Assembly (NCBI GenBank): GCA_051453625.1
Contig: JBOZIK010000001.1
Span: 14,509,654-14,573,653, forward strand
DNA from: Welwitschia mirabilis
Taxonomy: Eukaryota
DNA length: 64,000 bases
Direction: 5' to 3'
Shown here: positions 24,701 through 38,340 of the stretch, piece after piece
Layout of the letters: each line of letters starts with the position of its first letter
How positions within the stretch are numbered: position 1 is the stretch's first letter
Program-made: the position numbers and the translations under genes
Notes under the pieces: generated by a model
Told to the model about the DNA's origin: nothing
Database searches by the model: none
Seen by the model: the letters and a program-made list of their open reading frames with translations, nothing else

Positions 24701-27652
24701 AGGTCAAAAAAGATGTTTCAGATCCGATCGACTGGGACTTCAGTCCAATCGACCCGACTGATTTCAGTTTTACCTGGGAAAAGTCTGAGCGACCAAGTTA
24801 AATTTTGATCAACTCGACTTCTCTAGGTCTGATCGACCAAATTATACATTTAGTCGACTGCCCCGCTTTCAGTCAGAGGACGAAGAAACAACCCCCAATT
24901 TGCGATGAAGACTCAAAAATTTGTCAAAGTTTAGGGGTTTCGNNNNNNNNNNNNNNNNNNNNNNNNNNNNNNNNNNNNNNNNNNNNNNNNNNNNNNNNNN
25001 NNNNNNNNNNNNNNNNNNNNNNNNNNNNNNNNNNNNNNNNNNAGTTTAGGGGTTTCGTAAAGATATCAGCTAGCTATTTATCAGTGCTTACAAAAGTCAT
25101 GGAAATGTTACCCTTTTTTACTTGATTTCTAAGAAAATGATGGCTAAGTTCAATAAGTTCAGTTCGACAGTGTTAAACAGGGTTTTTTGAGATATTAATT
25201 GTACTTTATTATCATAAAAAATTAGTACCTGACTATAGTTAACTCCAAAGTCTTTGAGCATTTCTTTCATCCATAGAAGATGTGTATAGCAACTTCCTCC
25301 TGTTATGTATTCTGCTTCTGCTATGGAAAGAGAAATAGAATTTTTCTTCTTACTTGTTCATCCTACCAAGCATGATCCTATAAAAAAACAATTTCTATTA
25401 GTACTTTTATGATTATCTTTACAACCAGCCCAATCTGCATTACGAAAACCTATAAGTTCAAAAGAAGCTTTTGCAATATACTATAGCCCATAGTCACTTA
25501 TGCCTTTTATATACCTTATGATTCTTTTGACAGCTTGGAGGTGCGATTCCTTTAGTTTAATCTGATATCTTGCACACACAGCAACACTAAACATTATGTT
25601 AGGCTTGCTAGTAGCTAAATATAATAAGCTCCCTATCATGCTCCTATCAAGTTTTTGATTTACTGATTTACCATGATCATCAAAACTGACTTTACATTAA
25701 GTTGACATAGAAGTGTCGGCTGATTTTGTATTTTCAAGCCCAAATCGCTTAATCAACTCCTTTGAGCATCTTGATTGAAAGATGAAAATACCTTGTTTTG
25801 TTTATTTAATTTGTAGACCAAGGAACATGCTTACCTCACCAAGCATACTTATCTCAAAGTGTATTATCATAATATTAGCGAACTCTTTCGAGAGATCCTC
25901 TTTTAAGGCTCCAAAAATTTTATCATCAACATAGATTTGCATGATAATAAAGTCTTCCTTAAGATTCTTAAGAAAAAGAGTTTTATCTACTACTCCATGA
26001 GTACAACTATTTTCTTTAAGAAATATTGTTAGTTTTTCACACCATGCTGTAGGTGCCTATTTTAAACCATACAACACCTTTTTAAGTCTATAGACATGGT
26101 TTGGTTTATGTGGGTTTGTAAATCCTTGTGGTTGCTCAACATAAACTTTTTCGTTAAGGGTTCCATTCAAAAAGGCACTTTTCACATCCATTTGAAAAAC
26201 TTTAAAGTTTTTGAAAGCTGCATAAGAAAGAAACATTCTGATGCTATCTAGTCTTGCCACAGGAGCAAAAGTGTCTGCCCCATCTATTCCTTCAATCTAA
26301 TTGTATCCTTAAGCCACTAATCTAGCTTTGTTCTTAATCATATTATTGTGTTCATCACACTTATTCTTAAAGATCCATTTTGTTCCAATTACATTCCAAT
26401 CCTTTGGTCTTTTTACCGATTTCCAAACATCTTTTCTTCTAACTTGTTGTAACTTTTCTTGCATTGCCATCATCCATTCTTCATGGGTTTTAGCCTCTTC
26501 ATACTTCTTGGGTTCAATTTGAGAGATATAAGAAATGTGGGCACAAAAATTTTTAAGAGAGTTTCTTGTGTGTATTTTTGAGTTTACATCACCAATAACT
26601 AACTCAAGAGGGTGATCTTTTAGTTCTTTGAATGTTTTGGAGGTAACTTCTTGAGTTGTTTCTCTTCTTTTCCATTTGTTACTTCCTTGATAGTAGAGAT
26701 GGTTGGAGTCAGATTTTTTTAGCCACTTGAATGTAGAGGTCTGGAACTAAAGTCATCTGTTTGCACATTTATGGATTCTTCCATTGTTAGACTTCATTTG
26801 TTGAATACCTGATAAGCCCTACTTCTAGTTGAATATCCTAGAAAATTTGCCTCATCAGCTTTAGACTCAAATTTGCTCAAATGCTCTCTATCTTTTAAAA
26901 CAAAGCATTTACTTTCAAAGACCTTAAAATATGACACATTTGGCTTTCTTCCTTTCCAAAGCTTATAGGGGGTTTTATCCATACCCAGTCTTAGATAAAC
27001 TCTGTTGATAATGTAGCATGCAGTGCTTATTGCTTTATGCCAAAATATTTTAGGTACTTCCTTATCAATTAGCATTGTTCTTGTCATCTCTTAAAGGACC
27101 TGGATTTTCTTTTCTGCAATTCCATTTTGTTGTGGAGTTTTTGGGGTTGAAAGCTGATGTTCTATACCATTGTCCATACAATATTTCTCAAAAAGATGAT
27201 CCTTAAATTCCCCTCCATGATCGCTTCTAATTCATTTAATATTGTATCCCTTCTCATTTTGGATTTTGTTACAAATTTCAACAAAACTTTTGAAGGTTTT
27301 ATCCTTGATTCCTAAGAAGGCAATCTAAGTGAACTAGAGAAGTCACCTGCCATAGCCAAAAAATATCATTTTTGTCCTAGACTCTTAGTTTGGGTAAGTC
27401 CCACTAAGTCCATGTGAATGAGTTCAGGTGGCATTGTTGAGGAAACTAAGTTTTTACTCTTATGGGAGGTTCTAATCTGTTTTCCTTTTTGACATGCATC
27501 ACATAACCCATGTTTATCAATATTAATCTTAGGAACTCCTTTCACAATTTTCTTTTTAATGATGGTTTTAAAATAGTTATCGTTTACGTGTCCTAAACAT
27601 TGGTGCCATAACTCTTCTTGGTTTATATGAGAAAAATGACACACATAAGAAG

Positions 27653-27763
27653 GTTGATCAATATTATAAACATTGTCTATTCTATTTGTTGTTGATCAAT
27701 ATTATAAACATTGTCTATTCTGTTTGTTGTTGATCAATATTATAAACATTGTCTATTCTATTT
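27653..27763. repeat. 38-bp tandem repeat x3 in SIRE pol
   Basis: gttgatcaatattataaacattgtctattctatttgtt repeated nearly perfectly. Confidence 0.9.
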
Positions 27764-30700
27764 GCTTTAAGAAGGACTTTATTTGTTCTATCATATCTAA
27801 CTTTACATTTTTTACTATCAAAAATAACTTTATAACCTTTATCACAAATCTGACTAATACTATGCAAATTATGTTTTAGACCATTTATCTATAAAACATC
27901 ATTAATTGTAGGCATGTTACCTCCACTAATGCTTCTAATGCTTTCAATTTTAGCTTTTTCATTATCACAAAAGGTTACTTCTTCTCCATTAAAATCATCC
28001 AAAATCTTGATTTGTCACCTACCATGTGCCAAGAATAGCCACTATCCAAATATCAACAAGTTCTATTTGATACCTTAAATGTTGTTTGGATCAATAAATT
28101 TTTCAAATTGTCAGCCCTTACCCACTTAGTCCTTTTGGATTGTTGTGGTGCATAATTCTTTAGAATAAATTTAAATGGAAAGATACCAGCAAGACTTGAA
28201 AATAGCATTATCTTTTTAAATTTGCAAAATAATTTTGAATGACCTAACTTTCCACAAAAATAACAAATTATCTTTAGAATAGAATTATTTTGCCATGTTA
28301 CCTTATCTGAATGATTGGGTGGTTTCAGAGAGGTGAAACCAATACCTTTTTTGTCATGGACTAATTTTCGTATTTCAAGCATCTGTTCCAGTTTACTAGA
28401 ACTATTAGAAAATACATTAACAAAATGAAATAAGCTTTTTACCTCTTGGATTAGCTTTATGTTCTTTGTTTGAACCATTCTTTATTTAGACACCAACTCT
28501 TCCTTTTCTTTGTTTAGGCTTCACTATTTTGTTTAACTCGTTGATCTGATTTGCCAGCCTTTCACATTTTGAGTATAGTTCTTGACAGGTGTCTTTTAGC
28601 TCTTCTTAACCTTTTTCTACAAGGTCTAAATCATCTGGTTCAGTTAAGCATAGCATGNNNNNNNNNNNNNNNNNNNNNNNNNNNNNNNNNNNNNNNNNNN
28701 NNNNNNNNNNNNNNNNNNNNNNNNNNNNNNNNNNNNNNNNNNNNNNNNNNNNNNNNNCTAGTTCAGTTAAGCATATCATGTTTTGCAAGGGAGGAACTAT
28801 TGTCATAAAAGAAAGTCTCCTATCTCCATCTGATTCTTGACTTGAGTTGTTGTCATCTTCTTCATCTACATTATCCCAAGTGGTAATGAATAATGATTTC
28901 CTGGATTTTCTCTTATCTCTTCTATTATTAGGACATTCATTTGCAATATGTCCATATCCTTTATAGGCATAGCACTGAGTCTCCTTTCCTTTTTCTTAAT
29001 CTCTTCTTGGCTTACACTGAACCATTTTTAGTCCCTTACTTGATTCACCATCTCTTTTTTTTCTGTGCCAGAATTTTTTAAACCTTCTTGGTAATAGTGC
29101 AACTTTGTCCTCACTAAGATCTTCATCTGATCTTTCAAATCTGGAATCTTCTTGCACACTTTTTAATGCAAGACTTTTCTTTTTATCTTTAGAGAACTTT
29201 AACTCATAAGTTTAAAAATTACCTTGTAAGTCATCCAGAGCCATTTAACTAATGTTCTTACTTTCCTCGATGGTAGTGACCTTTGGCTCAAAACACTTTG
29301 GAAGAGATCTTAGTACTTTTTGTACAACTTTTCTTTTGTCCATCTTTTTACCTAGACTTGCCATTGAGTTTACTATATTTGTCAGTCTGGCAAAGAACTT
29401 CTTTAGAGTTTCTTCTTCTTCCATGTGAATATCTTCAAACTTCGAGATAAGCATCTATTGCTTTGCTTGTTTTACGATGGACATCCCTTTATGGGCTATT
29501 TCAAGTATGTCCCAAGCTTCCATGGCATGTTCGCAATTAACTATCCTTTTGAATTCATCTGCACAAACTGCACAAAAAATAGTATTAAGAGCATGGGCAT
29601 CTATAGTTGCTTTGGCCTTATCAATAGGGGTCCATTGGTCTTGAGTTTCTCAACAATTATGGTGGTACCATTACTATCAGTTTTGGCTATTGTAGGCATA
29701 ACATATCCATTATAGATCACCTCCTCTATATCTACATCAAGAGATCTAAGAAAAATTCTCATTTGGGCCATCCAGTAAGCATAGTTAATTCCATCAAACA
29801 TAGGTGATCTCCCGGTAGAGAGGCCATTAGCAGCATTACTCATAGTTGGGGTTTAGGAGTCAAGATCTATTAGGATTTACAACTGACTCAACCTTGCTCT
29901 GATACCAAATGTAGGGCCTAGAACCCTAGAGGGGGTGAATAGGATTTATAGTTTAAATATTACCCTCTGAAAATTTCACCAAAAATATTTGAACATTTAA
30001 ATTAACAGACTAAGCTACTACTAAATAAGATCAAATGAAAGAAAATGAAAATAACTAAAAATAAAAAATACCAAAGAAGATCACCAGACACACGATTTAT
30101 GGTGATTTGGGAAACCCCCTACTCCACTCTCGGCAATCAGCTTTAACACTAAGCTAATCCAAATCCTTGTTGCTTTCTTTCCACGTTTCTCAGGTCAACC
30201 TGTAACCTTTACAAATGGACTTGTTGGGCTAAGTCTCAACCTTTACAGAGCAAAGCTTTTTGGTGACAATAGTGTGTCGGAATGCACCGACTCCATGAGA
30301 TCTGAAGTACAACAAGGTCAGAAATACACTATTTGAAAGTAAGTTTACAAGTCTAAGTACATACAATGCAGTCTATTTGACCAAAATCTCAATAGTACAA
30401 AAGAGTACTTTTTCTTTTTGGTCGATCAAGATTGTTGCACAAGCTTTTGATTCAAATGGCTTATATAGAAGATAGATTTTAGGGCTTACAAATGAATCTA
30501 ATACTCCAATGGTTAAAAATAAGGAGATAATAGCTAAAAAGATAGGCTGAAAAGTTATGTTTCCACCACAACCGATCGACCCATCAAAGCACCTAGTCGA
30601 CGCCATTGACTGTCGTCACTGAAGTTGGTCAACCCCCTTTTTGATCTAGTCGACCCCTTATCAACTTGCTATGAAACATTTTTAGCATAGATTCGGTCGA

Positions 30701-32615
30701 CCCCTCTGAAATTTGGTCGACCCCTTGATAAATTGATTTGATAATTTTTGGTACAAGTCCGGTCGACCCCTCTGGGATCTAGTCGATCCATTATTTGTTC
30801 TGTCAGTTGTCAAGTTCATGCAAAGCTAATGAAAAATGTTAAATTACTTCTAACCTGCAAGGACTATTATTTTCTATAATAATTGCAACATATTATGCTA
30901 CACCAGATATGTTAGTTTGACATCAACTTGGCAAAAATAACTCAATAGTAAGACCTCGTATAATCTCATATTGGGTAGGAGAACATGTAGTAGTTAATCT
31001 AGGGTTTAGCAAAAATTAATAAGAGTCATGAATTTGCATGGTTGGACCTCTTTCTAACACCTAACAACTAACATAATGTGGCCTCTTCCTAGACTATTTC
31101 CAGGTGAAGGTGGTGTAGAGCTCTACTATCTTTAACCACTTGCAATCACAATCTCAAGCAAGAAAGGCCTTTCAAAACAAATAATTAAATCCTAGAGTTA
31201 TTTTTCCTTTTATAATGAAAACATGAAAAAAACCCTAAGAACAAACCACACTTCTGACCTATTTTTATTGATAATGTTGAGATAACGTCATTCTGAAACA
31301 TGCCTTAACGTAGCTTAGTATACTAGCTACATTCTACAATATAAAGGTCATCTTAAGAAGAGAACAGTATGATCAAAAAATATAGATGGCTGCACCTCCA
31401 ACAATTATAGCATTGAAGGCCATTCGATTTGCAACAATAAGCAGTCATTTTCGCTTTATAGAAGATTCAATAGTTGATTACAGGTGTGAATGGGTAGCAT
31501 TTCTTTATGTGAATGTAAACCCTTGACAATGCCTTAAACATTGCCACAAAGATCTTGGCTCCTTATGATACTTGACATACCCCTTGAAGCCAAAGCATCT
31601 TCATAAAGTAGGGTGTCTCACGCTCATGGATCTTTATTGAATTAAGCATGTTCTACTTATAGGAGATACATTATGATGTATGCGATGGGAAGAACAGAAG
31701 TTTAGTAGTACAAGAGATAGGTATTTACTCTAGTAAAAGATAATTTCAGGAAGTCTTCTCTAAAGCTGGAAAAATAACCAAAAAATTAACCAAGTTTACA
31801 TAGAGTGTTGAAGTTTTAGTAGCAGATATCCATTTACAGATGTTCATTGGTGGACACATCCATTAATGAATCTATGTTGCCAAACAGAGTCCACGCTTTT
31901 GACAGTACCATCAACAAAGTTACAGGACTTGCCACAAGTCATGAGTTGCTCACAAGAGTTGTCGCATAGTAGTTAAAACCCAGGAAACTCAACTGATATT
32001 TAATTCTTGGAAACTATGTTCCGTTTCCATTTTCATCATCTCAGATCTACTATTTGTTTCAGTGACAAATGTTGTACTTTTCAGAATAATTTTATTGAAC
32101 TTTCCCAGTAATAGAAATTATAGAAAACAATAAATTAAAAAAAGATGGAATAATTTGTAGTAATTCATATATATAGCTAGGATAACAAAAGTAAGCATGC
32201 CTACTGTATGATACAAAAAGAAAGTTGTCATTAAAGCTAATTAAGCATATTTAAAATGGAAAGTAGATATGCATGTATGAATCCACTTCTTAGTTTAATC
32301 GACGGAATAACATGAAACATAATTCTGCTATATTCCATGACATAATCACTTTGTTTCAAGGTTCCGTTAAGGTCTAGCCAGTGTGCAACGAAGATAGGCC
32401 TACGTTGGAAAATATTCATGCTACAAGCCAGTGTTCCAATCCATCTTTACTACCAGAAAATGCAGTTAGCAAAACAGCACATTAGTAATTAAATTTGATA
32501 AGAGAAACAAAATTTTCAAGATAAATGAAAGAAGCAACTAGAAAAGTGTTCTATGTAAATTGAAACCTAAAACCATTTCTTTCACAAATAAACATGGAAA
32601 TAAAAGAATCGTATA

Positions 32616-35600
32616 TGTCAAAATTGAAAGAAAAGAGCAGAGACAATTTTGGAAACCCTTAAGTGTTTTTATTTTTATCACATTCAAGTGAGTGTTTGGT
32701 TTCCTTTTTATATTAACTCTTAGGTTACACAAGCTCCCAAGCCCAAAAGGTTCATCTTTGGTGAGACTTGTACACATGTACATAAACATACAATACAAGA
32801 CCATGATCTTTAACATTCCCCCTCAAGCTGGATTGTAGATATTATATAATCCAAACTTGTCACATAGAAACTACACACGACAAGAACCAAGACCTTTGAT
32901 GAAGCAATTAGCTAACTATAAATCAGTGGAAACATAGAGAGTACAAATTTACCCACTTTGTAGCTTCTCCCTTATGGAATGACAATTGACTTCTACATGT
33001 TTAGTGCATGTAGGGGAAATTGGATTAGAATGAATAAGAATGGCAGCCTTATTATCATAGAACAACTTCATAGGCAAAAATATAGAGAACTTTAGTCCCT
33101 ACAAAAAATGTTTCAACCACATGAGCTCGCATGCTATATGTGCTATTGCATGGTACTCTACTTCTGCACTTGATTGTTCACACAATGATTGCTTCTCACT
33201 TTTCCATAACATTAGATTACCACCCACCAAGGTGCAATCACCAATGGTACAATGCTTATCAGCCATAGAACCTAGAAACTCAAAGTCAGAATATGCTACA
33301 ACACTGACGTAATCATGCCACTTATATAGCAAACCTCAACCTGGAGCTTTGTTTACGTACCTTAGAATCCCAATCACATCATCCTAATGTGGAACATAAG
33401 GCTGGTCTATAAACTAACTCACACAGCTCACTAGCCACAGAACCTAGAAAATCAAATTTAGAATATGCTACATCATGTCACTTATATAACAAACCTCGAA
33501 TTGGAGCTCTCTTTAGATATCTCAGAATCCTGATCACATCAACCCAATGTGGAACACGAGGCCGGTCGATAAACTAACTGACACAGCTCACTACGAATGA
33601 AATATCAAGACAAGTAATAGTCACATAGTTTGGTTGTCCAACTAGCCACCTATATCTTGTAGGCTTTTCAAGAAGCTCTCCATCCTCCAATGTCAATTTA
33701 ATATGTGGATCAACAAGAAAATCAATCAGCCTATACCAAAGCATGCTAGTCTCATCAAGTAAGTCCAAAACATATTTCCTCTCTAAAAGGTTGATCCCCT
33801 ATGAAAAACAAGTTACATCAATACCGAGAAGATACCTAAGAAAGAACAAATCTTTGGTGTAAAAATGTTGTTGCAATAAAAACTTCGACTGTAAAACATA
33901 TATGTCATCATCACTTATCACAATAATATCATCTACATATACCACCAAGATAACACACCCAACACTAGAATACGTATAAAATACAGTATGATCTACCTAA
34001 CATCTCATACCACTAAATCCGAGCATNNNNNNNNNNNNNNNNNNNNNNNNNNNNNNNNNNNNNNNNNNNNNNNNNNNNNNNNNNNNNNNNNNNNNNNNNN
34101 NNNNNNNNNNNNNNNNNNNNNNNNNNNNNNNNNNNACTAAAGAATTTTGCACAATTTACCAACAGACATTAGGTTAACTGGAAATTTAGGAACAAACAAA
34201 ACTAAAGCCAATGGACTCTAAGAAGTAGGCTCAGCTTTACTAATATCAGTGACCCGAAGTTATCAATACTAGTAATGGCAGAAACAGTACCACCTACTAG
34301 CATCACTCTTGAAGCTGCAGGCTGAATAGAAGAGAAATATAAGATGGATCTAGTCATATGGTCAGATGCCCAAAAGTCCAAAATCCACAGATGTGTTGCA
34401 ATGAAAGATGAAGAAGTAGAGGATTGTGATTGGGAAGTGAGAAACTTAGAATACTCCTCTTTGGTAATAGTTACCTAATCATATGATTGCTCTAAAGACA
34501 ACTTTTGTGACTCTGGAAGAACTTAAGGAGCATATGCTATAGAATTGGAACCCCATAAGTCCCAACAGAACTCCTTAGTATGGCCCTTTGTACCACCATG
34601 ATTACACCACCTTTCCTCTTAAGCAATGGTTCAGCTGATACATCCTCCCCTTAAAGTGTCCACATCCACCACCAGATGAACCACTTCTACTTGGATGTTC
34701 ACCTTGTCCCTTACTATGTCCGCCATGAGAAAATGCAAAGGATGATCTATCTCTGAGCTGAAGTTGATTCAGATAATGTCACCCTTTGAAGCCTCATCCA
34801 AACTTTAGATAGAGAAGGAAGAGATGAGCTCTCCAAGATTTGAACCTTCACTAGCTCGTATTCAATTTTCAAACCACATAAGAAATGCACCACGTTAAAG
34901 TTCTCACGTTGCTTGCAACTTTAGACACATTAGAAGAAGTTGGCTAATACAAATTTAACTCATCAAAGATTTGACACATTTTAGAATAATAGTATCCTAA
35001 ACATTTTTGACCGTGTTGAGTATTCAAAAAAGCTTGAGAGGTATCATTTATCATGGTAATATTGTTTGCACTAGAATATAGCCCATGCAAGTGCTCCCAC
35101 ACTAATCTTGCAGTCTTAAGAAGCATTACTCTACAAGTGATATGAGGCTTCATGTAATTCTAGAGCGTCATCCTGATTTACTACCTTCTTGGATCCACGT
35201 TTTGTGTTCAGCATCTATGAAAGCGGGAGGATCATCAACGATATATTTAAGTTTTCCCCTAGTTGTTAGAGAGACCTCCACAACAATAGAACACAATATA
35301 AAGCTTTGTCCATTCAACTTCAAAGACATCATGTGAAAAATTCAAAACTCTTATGGGCACATCACAGATGTCTTGGAGAAGCTACCAAAACTACTTGTTC
35401 CACTCATGATTTCCATACACCACCAAAGGAGGGTGCAAAAAGCCACCTAAACAAGACGTTCAGGAACAGAGTTAATTTTCTTCACTACTAAATCTTAACT
35501 TAAGGTTTCAACACCATAGAAAAACATGAAATGCAACACAAACCGTAGGCATTTCCTTTGAGAAGAACTGAAAACTTCAAAACCATAAAACAAACTCACT

Positions 35601-35974
35601 AGAAAACTAGGGTTTCGTCCTAAACCCTACTTGAATGGAAAAACACTAAAAAGGTCCAAACCCTAGCACCTCTGCTTAAGACACCTTCACTGGGAGAGAA
35701 AACTGATGCAAACAAGGCATCCAAGATTACCACAACTAAGACAATAGCAGACCTAGCTCTGATACCATGTCAAAATTGAAAGAGAAGAGCAAAGACAATT
35801 TTGGAAAACTTTGAGTGTTTGTATTCTCATCACACTCAAGTGAGGGGTTTGTTTACTTTTTGTATTAAAAATTAGCTTACATAAGCTCCCAAACCCTACA
35901 TGTTAAGTTTTGGTGAGACTAGACTTTATGACTTTATGACATAACATTACTTTACAACATTGACCCCTCTTACA
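32616..35974 (-). mobile_element. Internally deleted Ty1/copia with short LTRs (Ale/Retrofit-like); LTRs 32616-32815 and 35768-~35974
   Basis: Both LTRs start TGTCAAAATTGAAAG. PBS gctctgatacca at 35756-35767 and PPT next to 32816. Has gag KLNGQSF, RT LVVYVDDII and RNase H SSAEVEYHAIAH. Integrase absent; no TSD seen. Confidence 0.88.
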
Positions 35975-36127
35975 TTTCATACACACATGCAAAAAAATAC
36001 AATAAAATGAAATGTTTCAAACAGGATAAGGGAGGAAAAATTGAAAACTAAGTATGAAATTTTTTTCTGAAACTCTATGGGAAAAGACTACAGGAGGAGT
36101 AGAACTATTAAACCTCATTTCCTATAC

Positions 36128-36834
36128 CTGCAGCATTCCCATTATGCTAGCTTGTTGGCGTTCCATTTGAAGCAGTTGCCATTGGATTGTTGATAAATTG
36201 TCTCTGCCATTTGTTGTCTGTGGATCAAAACAACTGTTATTAAAGGTTCTTGTGGAACTTGTATCTCTTGGTTCATGGTCACCCCAACCATCAGACTCCA
36301 TGGTTCTTATGCTTACTTCCCTGTTCTTAAGAAATCTCTGATCTGTCCATTGGCCCTGAGCGAAGCCATCTCTGTTATCATGCCCACTCATAGAACTTCT
36401 GATTCTGTGAGGACCAACCAAATTCAAATTTTCCTTATCCTGACTTACATCTGAAGAGGATTTTGGAACTCCTTTTGGAGATCTCGATACAATCATTTCA
36501 TGAGTTGATCTTGCAGCACAATCTGATGAATTTTCATCTGTTTGGTTAGCTTGTAATGGTGGACAACTTTTTGGTATGGCAACTTCAATCTGCCAATCAT
36601 TAGACTTTTTATTTTCGAGCTTTTGAAAGAATTCAGGATTTAGCCCTTTGTCAATCAGTGATGGGGGCTTTTTTTTCAAGATGCTAACTTTATTATCCAC
36701 TGTATTCATAAGAGGTCCTTTATTCAAAACATCCTGTGGTATGTTGGGGGGGTAATTTGTCTTACTCCCGATAGGATTTGAACTCTCTGTAGCTTGTTGT
36801 AGTGATTCTCTTGTTTCTGCTGATTCAGATTTAT
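36128..36834 (-). CDS. TOR1: TOR1/SPR2-like exon 4
   Basis: tgtatag|AT AAA completes the phase-1 Asp. Contains LKKKPPSLIDKGLNPEFFQKLE...WQIEVAIP and IQWQLLQMERQQASIMGMLQ|gta; 707 nt. Confidence 0.9.
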
Positions 36835-36952
36835 CTATACAAAAATGACAATGCAAATTGACCTTTTATTCCCTTAATTTTGTCAGGAATAAACTAAAAA
36901 CATTCACCCATGCAATGGGATTTTAATGCCAAATGCAGACTTTTGGACTTAC

Positions 36953-37058
36953 CTAACAGTGGTTGTTTTGATGCATCTGGCACTAAATCATCTTCAGCAC
37001 CAGCAATATTTTTCCAATGTTGAAGTGCTTCTGCTATGCTATCCCTTACTGGTTTGAC
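36953..37058 (-). CDS. TOR1: TOR1/SPR2-like exon 3
   Basis: ttgcag|VKPVRDSIAEALQHWKNIAG...PLL G|gtaagt. It continues the RFDK-(V/I)KPVRD motif; 106 nt, phase 1. Not in the ORF track. Confidence 0.9.
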
Positions 37059-37256
37059 CTGCAATAACACAACATGTAATGAAATTCAAATTCTTGCCCT
37101 CTACTAGACAAATGCAGACTCTTTTAACAAAATCAGTAACGTAATAAAAATGTCTCAGATGAAGAATTTATGTAACCACTGTGACAAGACATAGTTGATC
37201 ATGAATCCTAAAGAGAGAGTTTCTATTAGAAACAATTAGCAAAATTCTACATCTAC

Positions 37257-37448
37257 CTTGTCAAAACGGCAATTTTCAAGTGTTGAGACAACAGAAGATT
37301 TGTGATCAACCAGAACATGACTTGAATGAGTTGCCAATCTGATCAATGTATCAACTGTTGCTTTTCGAGTTGCCCAGTCTGTACTTTCGAGGGATTCATT
37401 GATATATGGCATTACCATCCCAACCTGCTGCTTAGTTATTACTCCAAC
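37257..37448 (-). CDS. TOR1: TOR1/SPR2-like exon 2
   Basis: Acceptor cag|GTTGGA, then VGVITKQQVGMVMPYINESLESTDWATRKA...LENCRFDK, donor AAG|gtag; 192 nt. Confidence 0.92.
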
Positions 37449-37559
37449 CTGTGGTTGATATACTTACAAAACCAGTTTTCAGTTGGTGAAATTTGAAATA
37501 TCATGAATATCAACTTCAGAATAAGATGAAATCAATTTGTAAACATTCCTCCCTTTGTT

Positions 37560-38340
37560 ACAAAGAAGAGTATATGGTAAACTGCTTGCACTGCAGGAAT
37601 GAATGCTAATTCTAAGATTTGAACCAGAATGAAAATATGTTAATATACTAAAAGCGCCCACAATTGCAATCACTGCCCTCGAAAATCAACACAGAAAAAT
37701 TAAAGAAAATGATGGCATGATTGGGGAAATGATGATCATTTGGTAAGAAAGATGCAGTAACGAGTTCTATTAGTTCTGCAGCTACTTGTTGAACTGCACA
37801 AATGAACGCTACTTTCAAAACATGGAACAGATTGACCAAAAAAAAAAAAAAAGGTGCTACTATACTCATGTCTACAATGCCAATTACTGTTGTTGTGAGT
37901 AAGCACAGAAAAATTAAAGAAAATAGAACATGCTCACAGGTAATTAAAGATCATTTGATAAACAAGATGCAGTAATGGCATCTATGAATTATGCAGCTAC
38001 TGCTTGCACTGCACAAATGAGCACTACCTTTAAAATGTGGAACAAAATGAAAAGATTTGCAAATATACTCATGGTGTCTACAATTCAAATTGATGCCTTT
38101 GTACATCAACACAGTAAAAGTGAAGAAAATGATAGCATGGTCCCTTAAAGATTAGTTGACAGGAAAGAAGTAATAATGACCTTTATAAGTTGTGCAGCTA
38201 ATGCTTGCACTGCACAAAACACTACTTTTGAAATATGGAACAGAATTAAAAAAATGATAGTATACTCATAGTGTATATGATTCCAACTGCCGCCTTTGTA
38301 AATTAGTGCAGAAAAAAGTAAAGAAAAGGATGGTATGATC
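37560..38340. repeat. Diverged ~200-215 bp tandem array (3 full + 2 partial units) in TOR1 intron 1
   Basis: Units start ~37644, 37861, 38063 and 38261 (tatact...). Shared cagaaaaattaaagaaaat, tgcagct..ctgcacaaa and tggaaca motifs. Confidence 0.85.

Larger units (their letters stand above)
21917..30947 (-). mobile_element. Full-length SIRE/Maximus-type Ty1/copia (LTRs 21917-23015 and 29910-30947)
   Basis: TSD GTAAG (21912-16, 30948-52), PBS tggtatcagagc at 29896-29907, PPT caaagggggagat next to the 3' LTR and a second PPT ~23090. Carries gag (PMFDGINYAYW, UBN2), integrase (LIHMDLVG), RT (QMDVKSAFLNG), RNase H, an extra ORF, and GTCGAC repeat motifs in the LTR. Confidence 0.95.

Noticed and set aside
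27653..27763. CRISPR-like 38-bp repeats
   Set aside because: Head-to-tail with no spacers, inside a retrotransposon pol of a eukaryotic genome.
31300..32600. Additional TOR1 exon within intron 4
   Set aside because: Exons 4 and 5 already join into the conserved LQ-DFIG motif, and no homologous frame was found.
35600..35670. AAACCCT telomere-like motifs or telomerase RNA template
   Set aside because: Isolated telo-box-like words in a copia 5' leader, with no array and no snRNA-type promoter seen.
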